A DNA stretch of 63,858 nt, counting the filler, from Licmophora abbreviata (Eukaryota), in assembly GCA_900291995.1 (NCBI GenBank). It is 11 parts of 11 records of this genome, joined end to end, with 100 filler letters (N's around TTAATTAATTAA, not from the genome) between each part and the next. Parts side by side here need not be neighbours in the genome. Positions count along the whole stretch, not along the records: positions 60,108 to 61,415 come from OLMU01001354.1; positions 61,516 to 62,524 come from OLMU01001355.1; positions 62,625 to 63,858 come from OLMU01001366.1; 8 more parts are not named here. One strand, 5' to 3'. Position 1 is the stretch's first letter, and the number at the start of each line of letters is the position of its first letter. The translations under genes were made by a program, and so were the position numbers. The notes beneath the pieces were generated by a model, which saw only the letters and a program-made list of their open reading frames with translations, made no database searches and was not told the DNA's origin. Of this stretch, positions 60,108 through 63,858 are shown piece by piece.

Positions 60108-60572
60108 ATCCTTGATCAATTTAAGATCTTTCGCGGGACCAAACGCTTCGAATTCACGAAGTAGCTTGCGTTCCGTTACTTCGTATGCGAGGCGCCCTAC
60201 AAAGAGAGAATTGTAACAGTTCATGCCATCAAATTCACCTCCACTATCTTTCTGACCCTTGCGATATGCTTCCACTAGAGGTTCCAGTTTCTCCTTTTGC
60301 TCGATTTTTCGTTTCTCTTGCCTTTTCTTTCGGAGTTCCTTGGGGGTCGGGTTTTCCTTGCGCGTTGGTGGCTTGGTTCGTTCCATGTGAACCATGAATT
60401 CCGATACTCCGGACATGGGTTGCGCTCGTTTCTTTTTCGCAGGTGGCACATATTTAAGGGGCGGACTTGGCATAAATGTCTCTCGGATATGCGGGGGCAT
60501 CATCATAATCGCTGGGCCGCTATTGGTTGCCCGAGACATCTGCCCCCTCGGGGTACTCTTACGATGGGACAT
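60108..60572 (-). CDS. SNRNP70: U1 snRNP 70 kDa protein, 3'-truncated
   Basis: MPPHIRETFMPSPPLKY N-terminal block and RRM start CYNSLFVGRLAYEVTERKLLREFEAFGP. Confidence 0.88.
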
Positions 60573-61195
60573 GATCGAAATCCAAGCGGCAGGCGCTTTG
60601 GTACTTTTTGCAAAAAGGATCACTACAGGATGAACAGAAGTGGAAGAGCACTCGCAGGCAGTAACTGGTACTGGTAGAGGATAGTCTACTGGCGAAGCGA
60701 GAATGAATGATTTAGGGCTCACAGCGACGCACTAGTGGAGACGGTGGTCGACGATGTTGTGGTGGAAAAAAGTCAGTCAGGCCGTGTCTGTGTGGTTGTC
60801 CGCGCGTACATCAGAAGACGCAAAAAGTGCAACCACAGGCGAAGGACGTACCACGGCGCCATTTTGGTAACCTCGCCGTCGTCGACTACAAACCAGGTAC
60901 CGACGGGTATTATAAGGTATCTCAGGCCCCTCATATCATACCTGCTATCTGGTAGTGCTTGGTACCGACGACGAAGACGGTCGCAACGGCCTACGATGTT
61001 GCCCCTAGGAACAGTCTACCTGCCTCTCGCACAATATACGTGAATGACCATTGGCAAAGCAGAGCACGCCACCAGAACAGTCTCTCAGACTTGCATCAGT
61101 GGAGCGAGCAAAAATGGCAAACGCACACTACTATTTGCCTGTGGACACCTGCGACGTGGTATTCACTGGCTAGATTTACGGGCGCACGAATGCAG

Positions 61196-61415
61196 CTAAG
61201 TTACTGACCACTTGCCCCATAGGTTCTTTTTCGGCCTGGGTCGTTTGGGAGCTTCCTTTGTCGATTTAGGTATTGGCAAGGCCGGTGCCTGGTTGCCAAA
61301 TCGTGTCCCGTTCAAGTGGAAGAACCCTCCATACACTTCGTACAGAAAATTTGGCCTTTGCAACAGTTCGCTCATAAGAGATTCTGATTCCAAATACGTC
61401 TCCATGATACTCTTT
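61196..61415 (-). repeat. Diverged duplicated coding segment, copy 1 (69-codon ORF or C-terminus of a longer gene)
   Basis: 53/69 residues identical to copy 2 by manual alignment; abuts a contig end. Confidence 0.8.
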
Positions 61416-62304
61416 NNNNNNNNNNNNNNNNNNNNNNNNNNNNNNNNNNNNNNNNNNNNTTAATTAATTAANNNNNNNNNNNNNNNNNNNNNNNNNNNNN
61501 NNNNNNNNNNNNNNNCGCGAAGTTTTTTGGGGAATGGCGCCAAAGTTCGAAAGTGACGGCGATGGTTCGAAATGAACGCGTTGATCAACGGAAATCCAAC
61601 TCGGCCAGCGCGCGCAAGCGGCGTCTATATTATTACATGAGATTTTACAAGCCAAACGCCCCTCGGAATGAGCATGGCCTAGAGAAGTTACTAGTAGCAT
61701 CGAAGCCGACCGCAGTGTGACCTAACCTTCTACGTGTGGGTCTGGTGAAGCCGGAAGAGCACGAATGATGTTGAGTTGACTTCCTATGTTCTGCAGCAAT
61801 TCTGCAACCAGCTAGAGATAAGATCGGTATAAGAAGGTAAGGGATGCTTAGGCTGGTGGAGATCGGCGTCTACATTCCGGGGTCTGCCATGGTGGGTGCC
61901 CTACCTTCGATAACGCGAACTACATGGGGGCCAATTATCACACCTTGGCTTTCATTCTGAGAGACTCTTTCCAAGGCCTTCATGGTTCATGGAGTTAGTT
62001 GGTGCGCAATGATGATGAAGGAGATCCAAGAATTGCCGTACAGCCTACTCATAGAATTTTCTAAGGTTCTCATAGACCGTAGATACCGCTGTATCATATA
62101 TTAGCACTAGCAAGAGAACAAACGCCCAAAGCCTGAGGGCGTCCACGCCGGCAGATCCGAAAGTTTGACTCAAAGCCCCACCAACCTACGCATCCCATAT
62201 CTTCTTAGCCCGTTCCACGCGTGGTAGAATGTAGGGAGCGCATCCGAAAAGTCAACGCCATTTGTGCTCCTCCGACCTCGAAAGACTTTCAACGAGGAAT
62301 GAAG

Positions 62305-62524
62305 CTACCTAATGGTCCATTTCCTCCAAAAGTTCTTTTTTGGCTTGGGTCGCCTCTGAACCTCCTTTGTCGATTTGGGTATTGGCAAGGCCGGTGCCTG
62401 GTTGCCAAATCGTGTCCCGTTCAAGTGGAAGAACCCTCCATGCACCTCGTACAGAAAATGAGGCTTCCGCAATAACTCGTTCAACAGAGATTCTGATTCC
62501 AAATACTTCTCCATATTATTTTTT
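62305..62524 (-). repeat. Diverged duplicated coding segment, copy 2
   Basis: Same length, frame and stop position as copy 1; also abuts a contig end. Confidence 0.8.
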
Positions 62525-62624
62525 NNNNNNNNNNNNNNNNNNNNNNNNNNNNNNNNNNNNNNNNNNNNTTAATTAATTAANNNNNNNNNNNNNNNNNNNN
62601 NNNNNNNNNNNNNNNNNNNNNNNN

Positions 62625-63334
62625 CTGGAAAAGGGCGAAAACTGCTTCACCAGTGGAAGGATCCAATTGCTGGTGGACTGGCTGTTGTCGACGTACAAGA
62701 TGCTATAGAGTCATTGATGGAAAAGTGGCAGGAACGGATTCGGACGAGCACCCTGCAGGTCGGGCACCCATTCGTGTCATTGCAGGCAACCATGAAGAAA
62801 AGACTGGAAACGCTTGTTCAATTTGACAGTGGAAAGGCCCACAAGCCGGAGTGGCTGGAATCGCTCGAGGAGTCCGAGCGTGTTGCCAAGGAAAAGAAAG
62901 CCTTATCGAAAATGAGCACTCGCCAGCTGGAGGCCCGTCAGCGGCAGCAAGAACGGTCAGAGGTCATACAGGCAATGCAGCACAAGCAACAGGAAATCAA
63001 GGAGAAAATGGCGCAGATGCTGGAGATGAAGAGACAAGAGTCCCTAAAGCGCAAAGTCGAACAAGAGCAAGTGCAGCATAAGAAGAAAGCCAAGGGAGTT
63101 ACATGGAAGGACGGGTTTGACAACTCTGACACGCTCAAGAAACGTAGGCTACTGGAAAGCGTCTTTCGGTATCCTGCCGAGAGTAGCGGGAGATGGGACG
63201 ATGAATCATCAGCAGACGAGCAAGATGAGGGTGCCGATGAAGAAACGAACGAGAGCAATGATGCGTTCGACATGTTCGGTGACGACGACGATGATGAAGT
63301 TGTGGTCGTGGACAATCAACCCGCGGAAACTTAG
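62625..63334 (+). CDS. 5'-truncated protein with coiled coil, KxVxW PP1-docking-like motif and acidic tail
   Basis: Frame is open from the gap. AIESLMEKW resembles the end of a TFIIS-N-like helix bundle; KAKGVTWKD fits RVxF/W. PNUTS-like identity is a guess. Confidence 0.55.
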
Positions 63335-63858
63335 GCGTTCACGGCCTTGTTGCTACTGCCGCGAGGAGCCTGAGCCGACGTGTCCACTCTAGTTACATCT
63401 TCTACTTGTCTCGACAGTGGCATGTTTGCGCACTGTATACTTTCTTGAGTCCATATATCGTTTGGGTAGTATAGATTGCGTAGGAACGTCACTTTCGTAC
63501 AGGACGCCTTTTCGAACGTGCTTACCGGTACTACACTGCTAGTCAAACAAGCACATCGTCAGGAGAAAGACGACGTTGTGGGGAAAAAGAGAATACACAC
63601 CTCAAGAGTAGATGTGATGCTAGTGCGAGAGAAATTACAAAGAGAGAGAGCTCAACAGAACCCGGTTGTTAGCCGAGGCAATGTTTTAATATATAAACTT
63701 AAGCAAATTGGCTCCTGGAGATTGATTGATTGATTCAATTCGCGACGATACATCATGATGATCATGGCGGATGTGGCGTGTGGCGGGATTCATGTTCATT
63801 GGCAAACGTCGCAGTTAAAAGCCTTGTGTGATCGCTCCTATAGATAAGACTAGATCAG

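Noticed and set aside
61516..62300. Gene-poor contig as ncRNA or transposon remnant
   Set aside because: No tRNA/snRNA fold, terminal repeats or transposase motifs recognisable by eye.

Overview
Gene-dense eukaryotic nuclear DNA, most likely from a diatom or related ochrophyte. The evidence is short GT-AG introns and about seven proteins with bipartite signal + ASAF-type plastid-targeting motifs. The window is 11 contigs joined by ten identical artificial 100-nt linkers (44 N + TTAATTAATTAA + 44 N); three linkers separate overlapping sequence. About 30 protein genes are supported, including mitochondrial ferredoxin, MRS2, a mitochondrial carrier, a TPM lumen protein, TsaE, RIC1, Rheb, tandem ArsA/GET3, WDR83, pirin, a GNAT, an amidohydrolase, OSCA/TMEM63, CNDP2, heme oxygenase, Dicer and U1-70K. 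The most interesting observations are: (1) a ~1,350-aa secreted triple-malectin/Ig-like/Cys-repeat/PhoX phosphatase fusion that reads through a false gap; (2) an intronic double-guide box C/D snoRNA in WDR83; (3) a three-exon MICOS Mic12/MIC13-like gene absent from the ORF track; (4) a probable G-protein gamma subunit; (5) an EF-hand-tailed MRS2; (6) a KNL2/M18BP1-like SANT protein. All family calls come from motif recognition by eye; no database search was run.
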